In this document: positions 40,357 through 54,714 of the stretch, one piece after another
How the letters are laid out: each line of letters opens with the position of its first letter
How positions within the stretch are numbered: position 1 is the stretch's first letter
From: Squalus acanthias
Taxonomy: Eukaryota
NCBI GenBank assembly: GCA_030390025.1
Contig: CM059431.1
Coordinates: forward strand, 142,106,001-142,170,000
Direction: 5' to 3'
DNA length: 64,000 nucleotides
Position numbers and translations under genes: made by a program
The notes under the pieces: model-generated
Seen by the model: the letters and a program-made list of their open reading frames with translations, nothing else
What the model was told of the DNA's origin: nothing
The model's database searches: none

Positions 40357-42520
40357 CGAACCATAGCAACAGGAGTAGACCATTCAGCCCCTTCAGCTTT
40401 CTCCACCATTCAATTACAGCATGGCTGAACGGTACCCTAACCATATCTACCCGCTTCCGCTCGATATACTTGGATACCCTTGGCTTTCAAAAACATATAG
40501 ATCTCAGATTGAAAATTATTGGCCCAGAATTTTCAATCAGTGGCGAAGTGAAGGCATTCACCGCTGGCCCGGGATTAAGCTTCACACAACGATCTTGTGA
40601 TCTCTCGGTGGAGAAGTTCGGTTTTTTCCAACATTAAATTCAAATCGGTGGAGAATAGCGGGGATCCCTTGTGCAAGCCGCTTTGACGTCAACAGGCTGT
40701 CTAAGCAGCCAATCCAAACGCAGAATTCTCACAGACAGCGAACACGGAAGTGAGTAAGCTCTTAAAATTCTAACTTTTTAATCATGATAGAGAGAGTAAA
40801 ACAAAGATTGGGGTTTTTCACATTGGGAAAAGGAAAATCTGAAATGAAGATGTAAAAACTGTAAAACATATTGTTTCAAAATATTCTTTAAAAATATATT
40901 TTTTATAAAGTGGATAAATTTCACACTGCCAAAATTAAAATTAGTTTTTCAGGCCCGTAACCTTTGTTTAGCAGTAAATACGGTGTCAAAAACCCCACTT
41001 GCATCTAATCCATTTGGGTCTAAATTTTAGTGGGGACTTCAACAGAGTAATTACTCCGGTCAAGCCGAAGATTTAGTCAGTTTCGCTGATTTGAGTGATT
41101 ACACTGACTGCTGGCTATGGTGGAGTGGAGGAGGGGGGCAGTAGCCGTGGGGAGTGGGGTGGGGGGTGGGTGTACAGCGCAAGCTGTGTCGGAGCAGTGA
41201 ATGACAGACCACAACTTCAGGATTTACACATACGCCTGTGCATGCGCCAATTCACGAATTTGCGTTCAATTGCGAAGGCGGATTGACGGCAAATCCTGCC
41301 ACTTGGCTGTCATCCCTACCACAAATTCTGCGCCATTAATTGCGCCAGCATGTACTGCATTTTGTGGGAGAGAGTTCCACACTTCCGCTAACCTTTATTG
41401 AAGAATTATTTCCAAACTTCTCTCTTAAAATGTTCAGCTCTGATTGAAAGTTTATGTCCCCTATGCTAGAATCGCCCAACAGTGGAAAAAATTACGCTCT
41501 ACCCTGTCAATCACTTCCAAAATCCTAAAAACTTCAAGTTACTTCAACCTTCATGGAATTGAAGCCTAGTTTATGTAATCTCTCTTTATAATCTAACCCT
41601 TGGAGCCGCAGTAACATTCTGGTGAATCTGCGCTGCAATCCTTCATCAGTCAATATAGCCTTTCTAAGGCGCGGTTCCCCGCGCTGTTCTTCAGATGTGG
41701 TCTAACCAGGGCTTTGTATAGCTGTAACAAAACATCTTACCATTTATATTATAGCCCTCTAGTTGCAAATGCTGGCATTCCATTAGCGTTTTGATTATTT
41801 TGTATATGACTATTACATTCTAGTAATCTGTGCACATGGACCCCGAAATCTCTTAGGACCTGCTCTGTTCCTATATTTTACAAATATTCAGATCTATCCT
41901 GTTTTGGTCCAAAATTAATACTCACATACTTAGTTTTATTGAAATCCATCTGCAACAGTTTAGCTCCTCCCTCAATCTATCAATAATTCTTCGTAATTTT
42001 ATGCTTCGACTACATTACTTACTGTGCCACCCATTTTCGTTTTATCGACAAACTTGCATATGTGGGTCTTGATATTGTTATATAAGTCATTAATAAATAA
42101 AGTGAATAGTTGAAGGCCCAGCACACATCCTTGTGGATCACCACTAGTCACTTCCTTGCAATTCGAGTGCATACTCATTATTCCTACTCCCTTCTGCCGC
42201 CGAACCACTATCCTAACCAGGACAATAATTTACCTTCAATTCCATGAACATTAATTTGAGCGAACAGTGTCTTTGGCGGAACCTTCTCGAATGCCTTCTG
42301 GAATTCCTTATAAACTGCATTACCCTCTCAACCACTTTAGTTACTTCCTCAAAAAAATCAATCAGGTTCGCTATACCTGACCTACTATTTAGAAATCCAT
42401 GTTTGCTCTCTCGAGTCAGCTCAATATTGTCTAAGTGCTCATTCACTCTGTCTTTAATTATAGATTCCAATAACTTCCCTATAACACAAGTTAACTAAAA
42501 GATCCATGATTTCCTGGTTT
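40357..42520 (-). mobile_element. Old CR1 LINE 3' fragment with a MITE nested in its 3' UTR
   Basis: VTSGDPQGCVLG, KFVDKTK, LIDFFEEVT remnants. Confidence 0.78.
40521..41334. mobile_element. Harbinger-like MITE, second family
   Basis: TIR GGCCCAGAATTT / AAATTCTGCGCC, TSD ATT (40518-40520 and 41335-41337). Confidence 0.75.
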
Positions 42521-42542
42521 CTTAAGAACATAAGAACATATT

Positions 42543-43305
42543 GGCTTAGAAATTCGGCCGAATACGGGAGAGTACGCACTGTGAACTCACCGGTATTCGG
42601 TCACGAAGTGCCGGTTTCCTGCATGCACTGCGCATGCGCGGGAAACCGGCACTTCCGATATTGCGAAGGGGGCGGTTCCTAAGTGAACCGCGTGCGCACT
42701 ACAGGCTGGGGGCACGCAGCACACTTAGGTTTTTTTTCAGGTTTGAACGCGAGGGTAAGTATGGAAGATTTTACACGTGAAAAAAGGAGGCGTAAGACCC
42801 CCTTTTAACAAGGTAAGTAGTTAATTATGTATTATTTATTTCTTTTTCAACAGGTTTATCTTTTTTAGAGACTTTAAAGAAAGGTAATTTTATTTTTATC
42901 ACTTTTAAAAAGAATTGAAATTTTTTCAAAAATTTAAATTTTTGTTTAAAGTGGTTAATTTATTTAACTATAGTTATTTTATTAATGTGATGGTTTTTAA
43001 AAAAAAATAATTGAAGTTTAGCTTTTCTTTTGGGGGCAAGTTGTATTCATAGTTTTGACAGTTCTCCTGTCAAAACTATGAATGAAAGATGGTGTGCTGC
43101 CATTGGCTCTAACTGGCCCATGTGATCCCAGAGGTCGCATCGAACTAACTGCGCCTCTGGGACACGCACACACTGCGCGCCGGCACTAGGGAGAGGCCCA
43201 GGAACCGAAGTTCGTGTGGGCCCGAACCATAAAGGCAGGCGTGGTAGGTAAGATCGTGCACGATCCTTACCCCCGCGGCAACCATCGAAGTCTAATTTCT
43301 GGGCC
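42543..43305 (-). mobile_element. Harbinger-like MITE (family of 3404..4146) inserted in a CR1 3' tail
   Basis: Ends GGCTTAGAAATTC / TAATTTCTGGGCC, flanks ATT and AAT; reverse-complement homology to the other copies. Confidence 0.85.
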
Positions 43306-44400
43306 AATAACGTAAGAAATAGGAGCAGGAGTAGGCCATTCGGTCCTTCGAGCCTGCTCCGCCATTCAATGAGATCATGGCTGATCTTCTGCCTCACTCC
43401 ATTCACCGGCCCTATCGCCATATCCCTTGATGCCCATACTAGTCAGAAATCTATCGACTTCTGTTTTGAATATACCCAATGACTGAGCCTCCACAGCGCT
43501 CTGGGGTAGAGAATTCCAAAGATTCACCACCCTCTGTGTAAGGAAATGTCTTCTCATCTCAGTCCTGAATGGCCTACCCTTTATCCTGAGGCTGTAGGCC
43601 CTGGATCTAGACTCCACAGCCAAGGGAAACATTCTCCCAGAATCCACCCTATCAAGCCCTGTAATAATTTTGCTTGCTTCAATGAGAACCCCTCTCATTC
43701 TTCTGAATTCAAGAGAATAAAGGCCTAATTTACTCAATCTCTTCTCATACAACACTCCCACCATCCCAGGAATCAATCTCGTGAACCTTCGTTGCACTCC
43801 CTCTAAGGCAAGTATATCCTTCCTTAAGGTAAGGAGATCAAAATTGTACACAGTACTCCAGTTGTGGTCTCACCAAGGCCTGTATAATTGGAGTAAGACT
43901 TCTTTACTACTGTTCTCACATCCTCTTGTAATGAAGGCCAGCATACCATTTGCCTTCCTGATGGCTTGCTGCACCTGCACTTTCACTTTCCGTGACTCAT
44001 GTACAAGGACACCCAGGTTCCTTTGAGCATCTGCATTCCCCAATCTTTCACCATTTAGGAAATACTCTGCCTTTCTGTTTTTTCTACCAAAGTGGATAAT
44101 TTCACATTTATCCACATTATATTCCATCTGCCATGTTCTCGCCCACTCATTGAGCCGTTGGAGATCCTCTTGAAGTCTCTTCACATCCTCTTCACAACTG
44201 ACACTGTCACCTAGCTTTGTATCATCAGCAAATTTGTAAATGTTACATTTAGTCCCCTCATCCAAATCATCGATATACATCTCTGCGGTACCCCACTTGT
44301 CACAGCCTGCCATCCTGAAAAAGACCCGTTTATCTCTACTCTTTTTTTTCTGTCTGTTAACCAATTCTCAATCCATGCAAGTATATTATATCCAATTCCA
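43306..44400 (-). mobile_element. CR1 LINE 3' fragment
   Basis: KFADDTKLG, RKDILALEGVQRRFTRLIPG; the tail continues at 42522-42540. Confidence 0.88.
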
Positions 44401-47160
44401 TTTCTCATAACTTTTTAAAATACCAGGGTTACAGTTATAATTTTCCAACCTAAAGTAATAATTACTGAATCGCGATTGCTTTGGAAGATTATGGCCAACA
44501 CACCTGCAATTTACTCACCTATTCATTTAAAGCTCTGGCTGGGAAGCTTCAGATCCTGAGGACTTCTTAGACTTTAGTGCCGTTATTTTTACTAATATTG
44601 TTTTCTTGCTTATGTTAACTTTAGTGAGTTCCAGTCCTTGATTCACTATTAGTTTCGCTGTAATGTTAGGCACATTATCCGCTTCCCCTACTGTGAAGAC
44701 AGACACACATTAATAATTCAACAATCTGCTTATTTCTTATTTGCATTCGCAATATTACCCAGATACAATTCTAAATGAAACTCATTACCCTTGACTATGT
44801 ATTTTTCTTCTAATATAATTGTAAAAACGTTTCGTGTTAATCTTGATAACCCGCACAAGTTTCTTTTTGTACTCCTTATTGCAGCTCTTACTATCTCTTT
44901 TTATCTTCCTTTGTTGTTGTAGAATCATAATGGCACAGAAGGAGGCCGATCGAGTCCGTGCCGGCTCTCTGTATAGCAATCCAGTCAGTACCATTCCCCA
45001 GCTCCACACCCAGAGAGAGCCCTGCAGGTTTGTTTCCCTCAAATGCCTATCCAGTCTCCTTTTGAAAACAATGAGTTTCTCCGCTTCCACCACTTCCGTC
45101 GGCAGCGAGTTCCAGGTCATCACCACTCGCTGCGTAAAAAAGTTTTTCCTCACATCCCTCCTGTATCTCTTGCACAAAAACTTAATTCAGTGTCCCCTCG
45201 TCCTTTTTCCATCAACTAGTGGGAAAAGCCTTTCCCCGTCCAGCCTATCCAAACCCGTCATAACCTTGTACAACTCTATCAAATCACCCCGCAAACGCCT
45301 TTGCTCCAATGAAAACAAATGCAGCTTCTCCAACCTGTCCTTATAGCTAAGATCCCCATCCCAGGAACCATTCTGGTAAATCTCCTGTGCACCCTCTCAA
45401 GTGCCTTCACGTCCTTCCGAAAGTGTGGTGACCAGAACTGCACGCAATACTCGAGTTGTGGCCTAACCAGCACTTCATAAAGGTTCAGCATAACTAGTCT
45501 TCTTTTGAACTCAATACCTCTATTTATGAAGCCCAAGATCCCATATGCCTTCCAAACCACTCTCTCATTATGTCTCTCCACCTTCAGCGACATATGCACA
45601 TTAATTCCCCTGTACCTCGCTCCCTGCACTCTCTTTAAAACTGTGCCATTAAGTGTATATTGCCTCTCCCTGTTCCTTCTGCCAAAATGCATCACCTCAC
45701 ACTTCTCTGTATTAAATTCCATCTGCCACTTGTCTGCCCATTCTGCTAGCCTTTCTCTGTCCTGTTGCAGTCGATTGGTATCATCATCACTGTTTGCCAC
45801 ACGCCCAAGTTTGGTGTCATCGGCAAATTTAGAAATTCTACTCTGAATTCCAATATCCAGGTAGAATTTATATTTATATAAAAAAAACAGTGGCTCCAGC
45901 ATTGACCCTTGGGGAACAACACTGTCTAACATTCTCCAGTCTGAAAAACAGCCATTTACCACAACTCGCTGTTTTATGTCATTAAGCCAATTCCCTATCC
46001 AAGCTGCTACTGACCCATCTATTCCACGAGCCTCAATTTTGTGAACCAGCCTTCCATTTGGTACTTTGTCAAACGCCTTCCGAAAATCCATGTAGACAAC
46101 ATCCATTGCATTCCCTTCATCAATCCTCTCTGTTAATTCATCAAAACATTCACTTAGATTAGTGAAACACGATCTGCCTTTTACACATTCATGTTTGCTC
46201 TCTTAATTAGCTTAAACCTCTCCAAGTGCCCGTTAATTTTTTCCTGGATTATTAGTTCTAAAACTTTGCCCACCGGTGAAGTTAAACTGACAGGTCTGTA
46301 GTTACTAGGATTGTCCTTACATCCTTTCTTGAACAATGGTATCACTTTTGCCACTTTCCAATCATCAGGCACCTCCCCCTCTGGATCTACACTATTCTTT
46401 GCAAGGTTTCACTCTATTACCTATAATTTTATTTATCTCTCAACTCTATGTCGACCATTTCCGTTTTAATTGGTATGTAAAGCTCTTGCCCTTTAGGGGT
46501 ATACACTGGTCTTGTATTAAGCTAAATTATTTTCTGAACACCTCCCACTTTTCATCTGTAGTCTTACTCGATAACAATTTTAACCAAATTGCTGTCGTCA
46601 GTATCTGTTTCTTCCCGTTCATGTTACCAAAATGGAGATTCTTAAAATTGTGTTGCGTTTCTCCTTTAAAACCGAGCATTGCATTCGATCATATTGTGCT
46701 TACTGTTAGATGATAGTTCTCTTACTGTTATATTATTAACCAAGACTGGATCATTGTTCATTACTAAATGTATTAAATCTTGTTGGTTCTTCAACATATT
46801 GTTCCAGAAAACTATCTTGAATGTAATCAATATATTCACTACTTTTCCGACTTGAGCAACTCTGCTCTTCCCATATTAGCTGAAAATTAAAGTCTCGAAT
46901 TAACACAACCCTGCTTTTGCTGCAATCCGCTCTAATCTCTGAAGTTACACATGCAGTATCTTCATTGCTGCTATCGGGAAGCCTGTAGACAACTCCCGTT
47001 AAAATTTTAAGTACTTGCTTATTCCTAAATTCCCAACACAGAATCCCAGCGGATTACTTTACCTTAACTATATCCTCTCTCACTAATGCTGTAATATACC
47101 TTTAATCATTGAGGCTGTCACTCCTCCTCTTACAGTTTCCCGATCCGTTCTACAGAACAC
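44400..47160 (-). mobile_element. Very old CR1 relic interrupted by a younger CR1 3' fragment (about 44920..46380)
   Basis: RT ORF 45279..46106 (DFRKAFDKV, KFADDTKL) with a 3' UTR ending near 44920; degraded APE/tether sequence on both sides. Confidence 0.75.
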
Positions 47161-48795
47161 TATAACTGGAGAAAAAGTACTAGGCAAACTAATGGGACTA
47201 ACGATGAACAAGTCTCCTGTACCTGATGGCCAGCATCCTAGGGTCTTAAAATATTTGGCTGCAGAGATAGTGGATGCATTGTTTGTAATCCACCAAAATT
47301 CCCTGGACTCTGGAGAGGTCCCAACGTATTGGAAAACCGCAAATGTAAAGCCACTATTCAGGAAAGAAGGGAGACAGAAAGCAGGAAACTATAGACCAGT
47401 TAGCCTATCATCTGTCAGTGGGAATATGCTGGAGTCCATTATTAAGATATTAGCAGCAGGACATTTTGAAAATCATAATACAATCAAACAGATTCAGCAG
47501 GGTTTTATGAACGCGAAATCATGTTTGACAAACTTGCTAGAGTTTTTTGAGGATGTAACGAGCAGTGTGGTTAAAGGGGAACCAGCAGATGTGTAGTATT
47601 TGGATTTCCAGAAGGCATTCGATAAGGTGCCACATAAAAGGTTACTGCCCAAGTTAAGAGCTCACGGGGTTGGGGGTAATATATTACCATAGTTAGAGGA
47701 TTGGCTAACTAACAGGCAACAGAAAAGCCAGGAAAAATGGGGAATTTTTAGTTTGGCAAACTGTAACTAGTAGGGTGCCACAGGGATCCAGTGCTGGGGC
47801 CTCAACTATTTACAATCTATATTAATGACTTGGATGAAGGGACCGAGTGTAATGCAGCCACATTTGCTGATGATACTAAGATAGGTGGGAAAGCAAGCTG
47901 TGTGGAGGACACAAAGAATCTGCAAGGGGATACAGATCGGTTAAGTGAGTGGGCAAACATTTAGCAGAAGGAGTATAATGTGAGAAAATGTGAGGTTATC
48001 CACTTTGGTAGGAAAATAAAAAATACAAATTATTATTAAAAGGGAGAGAGACTACAAAATGCTGCGGTAAAGAGGGATCTGGGGCTCTTTGTACATGAAA
48101 CACAAAAAGTTAGCATGCAGTTACAACAATTCATTGGAATGGAATGTTGGCCTTTATTGCAAGGGGATGGTGTATAAAAGTAGGTAAGTCTTGCTACAGC
48201 TGTACAGGGCGTTGGTGAGACCACACCTGGAGTACTGCGTACAGTTTTGGTCTCCTTATTTAAGGAAGGATATGCTTGCATTGGAGGCAGTTCATAGAAG
48301 GTTAACTAGATTGATTCCTGAGATGAGGGGGGTGTCTTATGAAGAAAGGTTGAGCAGGTTTGGCCTATACTCATTGGAGTTCAGAAGAATGAGAGGTGGT
48401 CTTATTGAAACATGTAAGATTCTGAGGGGACTTGACAGTTTTGATACAGAGAGGATGTTTCCCCTCATGGGGGAATCTAGAACTAGGCGGCCTAGTTTCA
48501 AAATAAGGGCTTGCCCATTTCAAACGGAGACGAGGAGAAATGTATTCCCTCGGAAGGTCTTGAATCTTTGTAATTCTCTACCCCAGAGTGCTGTGGAGGC
48601 TGTGTCATTGAATATATTTAAGTTGGAGACAGACATATTTTTGAACTATAGGGAGTCAACGGTTATGGGGAGCGGGCAGGAAAGTGGAGTTGAGGTCTAG
48701 TTCAGATAAACCATGATCTTATTGAATGGCAGAGCAGGCTCGAGGGGCCAAATGGCCTACTCCTGCTCCTATTTCTTATATTCTTATGTTCTTAT
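47160..48795 (+). mobile_element. CR1 LINE 3' fragment with (TTCTTATG)n tail
   Basis: KSPVPDG, NYRPVSL, RPHLEYCVQFWSP. Confidence 0.88.
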
Positions 48796-48879
48796 AACCT
48801 GGAATTTTTAACTCCCGATCATGACCAGAATAAAGCATGTCCCAGTAATGGCCAACATGTCGTACCCTCTAAGCTGTAT

Positions 48880-49805
48880 TTAAGAACATAAGAAATAGGA
48901 GCAGGAATAGGCCATTCGTCCCTAAGAGCCGGCTCCGCCATTCAATAAGATCAGAGCTGATCTGTTACCTCAACTCCACTTTCCCGCACTGTCCACATAT
49001 CCCTTAAATTCCCTTCCTTCCCAAATATTTATCGACCTCTGTCTTGAATATACTCAACGACTGAGCCTCCACAGCCCTCTGGGGTAGAGAATTCCAAAGA
49101 AGCACCGCCGTCTAAGTGAAGAAATTTCTACTCATCTCAATCCGAAATCAACGACCCGTTATTCTGAGACTGTGTCCCCTGGTTTTATACTCCCCAGCCA
49201 GAGGAAACCTCCTCCCATCATCTACCCTATCAAGCCCTGTAATAATTTTATAAGTTTCAATTAAATCACCTCAATTCTTCTAAATTATAGGGAATATAGG
49301 CCTAGTCAGCACAATCTCTCCTCATAGGACAATCCCCTCGTCCCCAGCAATCAGTCTGTTGGACATTCGTTGCACTCCCTCTTGACAAGTATATCCTTTC
49401 TTAGATAAGGAGACTAAAACTTTACACAGTACGTCAGGACTGGTCTCTCCAAGGACTCATATACTTGCATTAAGACTTATTTACTCTTATGTTCCAATCC
49501 TTTTTTAATAAAGGCTAACATACCATTTGCTTTCCAAATTGCTTGCTGCACCTGCAGGCTAACTTGCAGTGTACAAGCGCACCCAGTTCCCTCTGAATCC
49601 CAACATGGCCCGATGTTTCACCATTTAAAAAATTCTGTTTTTCTATTTTTCCTACCAAATTGAATAACCTCAGATTTGTCCATATTATATTCCATCTGCC
49701 ATGTGCTTTCCCATTCACTTAACCTGTCTATATCACATTGCATCATCTTTGCATCCTGCTCACAACTTACTTTCCCACCTAGCTTTGTATCATCAGCAAA
49801 CTCGG
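48880..49805 (-). mobile_element. CR1 LINE 3' fragment
   Basis: Tail TAAGAACATAAGAAATAGGAGCAGG at 48880; FADDTK-encoding sequence near 49785-49800. Confidence 0.85.
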
Positions 49806-49996
49806 ATCGATTTGAAACATTTGAACCTCCAAATCGCTAACTTTCTTTCTTATAACCCATACGTCATATATTAAACTATTATTTGGGAAAGAGATCCTAA
49901 CCTGACCGTTTGACCTGATGCTGTCTTTCTTACACCGTTTAACTTAACACGTTTCTTATCTGTCACTTCTGCTTTAAGTAACTGAATTATTGTAGT

Positions 49997-52900
49997 GGCC
50001 CAGATATTACGATCCCTACGGGTGTGTACAGGCTGTGTACCCACCGACAGGGACATCGGAAATGCCTGTTTCATGCATGCACAGCGCATGCGCTGAATAG
50101 CGGCATTTCCGATCTGACAAGAATGCTCTTGACAGATCCTCCGTCTGCCCTGGAGAAGGGACTCTGCGGGCGGATAGTTCCGCGTGTTTGTGATCTTCCT
50201 ACCGCAGAAAACCTTTACAATTCTTTCGCCTGGTAAAAGCACCTGAACCGGAATGGGACCAACAACCTTGTGGGGCGGGTTGCTAGTGCTGTTGGGGGCA
50301 GAGGGGGAAAACTAACTTAGCAGGGGGATGGGATACGGAGTGGAGCTATAGTAGGTGGTGATGCACAGCCAAATATAGAGGAAAAAACAAGTCAGTCTGG
50401 AAGGCAGAGCAAATATGTAACGGCACAAGGGAGTATGGCAAGGCTGGATGGCATTTATTTTAATACATGGAGTCTTGCGAGTAAGGCAGATGAATTGAAT
50501 GTGTTGATGAACACTTGGAAGTATGATATTGTTGCTATCACAGAGACAAGGTTGAAGGAGGGGCAGGACTGGCAGATCAATATTCCGGGGTATAGAATCT
50601 TCAGGCGAGACAGAGGGGTTTGTAAAAGAGGAGGGGTTGTCGCAATTTTGATCATGAAGGCAATTACTGCTGTAAGGAGGGATGATATCTTAGCAGGTTC
50701 CTCTAATGAGGCCATATGTGTAGTACTTACAAACAAAAAGGGGGCAAGCACTTTGCTGGGAGTGAACTATAGGCCCACAAACAGTCAGGGGGAGACAGAG
50801 GATCAGATATGTAGGCAAATCTCAGAGAAGTGGAGAAATAATTGGGTAATAATAGTAGGGGATTTCAACTTCCCCAATATTAACTGGGATAGTCAGAGTT
50901 TGAAAGGCTTAGAGGTGCAGAATTATTAAAGTGCAGCCAGGAGAGATTTTTGAGCCAGCATGTAGAAAGTCCTCCAAGAGAGTGGGCGGAACTGGACCTA
51001 ATTCTAGGGAATGTAGCTGGGCAAGTGGCAGAAGTGTCAGTAGGAGAGTTTAGGTGACTGTGACCATAATTCGGTGAGATTTAAGGTAATCATGGAAAGG
51101 GACAAAGATGATACGGAAATAAAGGTTCTAAATTGGGAGAAGGCCGATTTTAATCTGATAAGGCAGGATCTGGCCAAAGTGGACAGGGATCAGCTACTTG
51201 TAGTAAAATCCTCATCAGAGCAGTGGGAGGCATTCAGAAACGAAATAGAGAGAGTACAGCGCCAACATGTTCCCGTAAAGGTCAAGGGTGGGACCAACAA
51301 ATCCAGGGAACCCTGGTTGTCAAGGGATATACAACAATGGATTAGGAAAAAAAGGGAGGCTTTTGGCACATACAAAGGACTAAAAACAGTGGAAGCCCTA
51401 GAGGAGTATAGAAAGTGCAGGGGGTATTTAAAAAAGAATTTAGGAGAGCGAAGAGGGGGCATGAAAAACCACTGGCGGGCAAAATAAAGGAAAATCCCAA
51501 GTTGTTTTATAAGTATATTAAGGCAAGAGGATATCCAGGGAAAGAGTAGGGCCAATTAGGGACCAAAGTGGCAATCTCTGTGTAGAGCCGGAAGATGTAG
51601 GTGAGGTTTTAAATGAATATTTTGCATCTATGTTCAATATGGAGAAGGATGATGTAGGCATAGAAATCAGGCAGAGGGATTGTGATATACTTGAACAAAT
51701 TAGCATTGAGAGGGAGTAGGTACTCGCGGTGTTAGACGATTTTAAAGTGGTTAAATCCCCAGGCTCAGACGAGATGTATCCCAGGCTGCTGTGGGAGGCA
51801 AGGGATGAGATTAAACGGCCTCGGACACAAATTTTCAGAATCTCTCTGGCCACAGGGGAGGTGCAAGAGGACTGGAGGACATCTAACGTAGTACCATTAT
51901 TCAAGAAGGGTAGTAGGGATAAACCAGGGAATTACAGGCCAGTCAGCCTAACATCAGTGGTAGGGAAATTATTTGAAAAAAGTCTGAGGGACAGAATTAG
52001 TCTCCACTTGGAGAGGCAAGGATTAATCAAGGATAGTCAGCATGGCTTTGTCAGGGGGAGATCCTGTCGAACCAATTTGATTCAATTTTTTGAGGAGCTG
52101 ACTAGGTGTGTGAATGAGAGTAGTGCAGTTGATGTAGTCTACATGGACTTCAGTAAGGCTTCTGACATAGTCCCGCATGGGAGACTGGTCAAGAAGGTAA
52201 GAGCCCATGGGTTCCATGGCAATTTGACACATTGGATCGAAAATTTGCTTAGTGGCAGGAGGCAGAGAGTGATGGTCGAAGGTTGTTTTTGTTACTGGCA
52301 GCCTGTGTCCAGTGTTATACCGCAGGGATCGGTGCTGTGGCCATTGCTGCTTATAGTGTGCATTAATGATTTAGATTTGAATGTAGGAGGTATGATCAGT
52401 AAGTTCGCAGATGACACGAAAATTAGTGGAGTGGTAAATAACGAGGAGGGAAGCCTCAGGCTACATGACGATATAGACGGGTTGGTCAGATGGGCAGATC
52501 AGTGGCAAATGGAGTTTAACCCTGAAAAGTGTGAGGTGATGCATTTTAGGATGACTAATAAGGCAAGGGAATACACAATGAATGGTAGGACTCTAGGAAG
52601 GACAAAGGATCAGAGCGACCTTGGTGTGCATGTATATAGATTCCTGGAGGCAGCAGGACAGGTAGATAAGGTGGTCAGAAAGGCATATGGGATATTGCCT
52701 TCATTAGCCGAAGCATAGAATATAAGAGCAGGGAGGTTATGATGAAGCTGTACAAAACACTAGTTAGGCCACAGCTGGAATACTGTGTGCAGTTCTGGTC
52801 GCCACACTATAGAAGGATGTGATTGAATTGGAGAGGGTGCAGAGGAGATTCCCCAGGATGTTAGCTGGGCTGGAGCGTTTCAGCTATGAAGAGAGACTGG

Positions 52901-53430
52901 ACAGCTGGGGTTGTTTTCCCTAGAGCAGAAAAGGCTGAGGGGGGACCTGATTGAGGTGTACAAAATTATGAGGGGAATAGACATCGTAGATAGAAAGGAA
53001 CTTTTCCCCTTAGTAGAGGGGCTAATAACCAGGGAGCATAGTTTCAAGATAAGGGGCAGGAGGTTGAGAGGGGATTTGAGGAAAATCGTTTTCACCCAGA
53101 GGGTGGTTGGAATCTGGAACTCTCTGCCTGAAAGTGTGGTAGGGGGAGGAATCCTCACAACACACAAGAAGCATTTAGATGAGCACTTGAAATGCCATAG
53201 CATACAAGGCTAAGGACCAAGTGCTGGAAAATGGGATTAGAATAGATACGGCTTGATGGCCGGCGCAGATACGATGGGCCGAAGGGCCCTCTTTATGTGC
53301 TGTATAACTCTATGACTCTATGAGCAGGCGTAAGGCCTGCTTTTACCAGGATAAGAGTTGAAAAAGTTTTTAAAAGATGTTTCACTGATTTATCATTTAA
53401 AAATACTTTATTTTTAGCAACGGAAAAAAA
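49997..53430. mobile_element. Harbinger-like MITE split by a CR1 insertion (49997..50241 and 53323..~53430)
   Basis: TIR-like GGCCCAGATATTAC; the hairpin CCTGGTAAAAGCAGGC..GCCTGCTTTTACCAGG is restored when the CR1 is removed. Confidence 0.7.
50242..53322 (+). mobile_element. CR1 LINE (end of ORF1, whole ORF2, disrupted), (ACTCTATG)n tail
   Basis: APE ORF 50435..50929, RT ORF 51729..52718; flanked by AGCA at 50238-50241 and 53323-53326. Confidence 0.92.
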
Positions 53431-53432
53431 TT

Positions 53433-53590
53433 TGGGCCAGAAATTCGGCTCTTGTCGTGTGAGTACGCGCTGTGTACTCACCCGTAAGGCCACCTGAAGT
53501 GCCGGTTTCAGCCATGCACTGCGCATGCGCGGGAAACCGGAACTTCCGTTCCCCTGAAGGAAGGAATTCAGAGGTGGAACACGTGCGCAG
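53433..53590 (-). mobile_element. Truncated MITE end (family of 57896..58641) abutting the satellite
   Basis: GGGCCAGAAATTCGGCTC TIR followed by the AAGTGCCGGTTTC..TGCGCATGCGC..GAAACCGG hairpin. Confidence 0.75.
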
Positions 53591-53593
53591 GTT

Positions 53594-54380
53594 CACCACC
53601 AGTAATGTTAGATTAGGTTCACCCCAATAATGAAGCAGTAGGATCACTACCAGCAATGGTAGCCTAGATTCATGGCATGTACTGTGAGTGTAGGATCAAC
53701 TTCAGTAGTGTTAGCGTAGGGTCATCACCTGTAAGGTTATCTAGGATCAACAACATGAATGTCAGCTTCGTGTCATCAGCAGTAATGATAGAGTAGGGTC
53801 ACCACCAGTAATGGTAATGCAGAGTCACCACCAGTAATGTTAGAGTAGGGTCACCACCAGTAATGTTAGAGTAGAGTCACCAGCAGTAATGTTAGAGTAG
53901 GTTCACCACCAGTAGTGTTAGAGTGGGGTCACCACCAGTAATGGTAATGCAGAGTCACCACCAGTAATGTTAAAGTAGGGCCACCACCAGTAATGTTAGA
54001 GTAGCGTCACAGAATCACAGGATCACAGAATCACAGAATCCCCACAGTGCAGATAGAGGCCATTTCGGCCCATCGAGCCTGCACCGACACATATCCCACC
54101 CTATCCCCATAACCCCACGTATTTAATCCCCCCTAACACTAAGGGTCAATTTATCATAGCCAAATCAACCAAACCCACACAGCTTTGGACTGTGGGAGGA
54201 AACCGGAGCACCCGGAGGAAACCCACGCAGACACGGTGAGAATGTGCAAACTCCACACAGACAGTCACCAGGGGCCGGATTCGAACCCTGGCTCTGTGAG
54301 GCAACAGTGCTAACCACTATGCCACCGTGTCACCATCAGTAATTTAAGATTAGAATCATCGTCAGTCATGTTAAGCCGAT
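53594..54380. repeat. 26-bp satellite, short array upstream of copy 3, interrupted by a SINE
   Basis: Same consensus as 5980..14470. Confidence 0.9.
54011..54328 (-). mobile_element. tRNA-derived SINE, HE1/V-SINE type, with a CR1-derived tail
   Basis: Minus strand A box TGGCATAGTGG and B box GGTTCGAATCC; V-domain-like GTGTGGAGTTTGCACATTCTC..GTGGGTTTCCTCCGGGTGCTCCGGTTTCCTCCCACA; (ATTCTGTG)n tail; flanking GTCAC repeat. Confidence 0.88.
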
Positions 54381-54524
54381 TCATCATCATTCATCATCAC
54401 AGTACAAAACAAATCGTTATACAATGGATGAGTGACGATTTCACCAAATTAACATGTGACTTCAACAACCTCATGCAGAGTCCTGGAGGGATGTTGCCAT
54501 CAGTTTTCACCAGAGATTCGCAGA

Positions 54525-54582
54525 GCACATTCCCTCTGGGATTACTTTCCGTTCATTGTTTTTAATGGACGGAATTTCATGG
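54525..54582. promoter_or_regulatory. Conserved palindromic upstream block of copy 3
   Basis: 56/58 identical to 14619..14676, visibly more conserved than the neighbouring intron. Confidence 0.5.
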
Positions 54583-54714
54583 CCTAAATTGTACAATTTC
54601 CCCAGTGGCGGCCGGGGCGCACTGAAGGGGATAATCGCCCCTTGTTTGTTAAGTGACTGTAACTAACGCCAATTATTGTGTAACATGATTTTCTCACAGG
54701 GGCAGCGGCGGTCC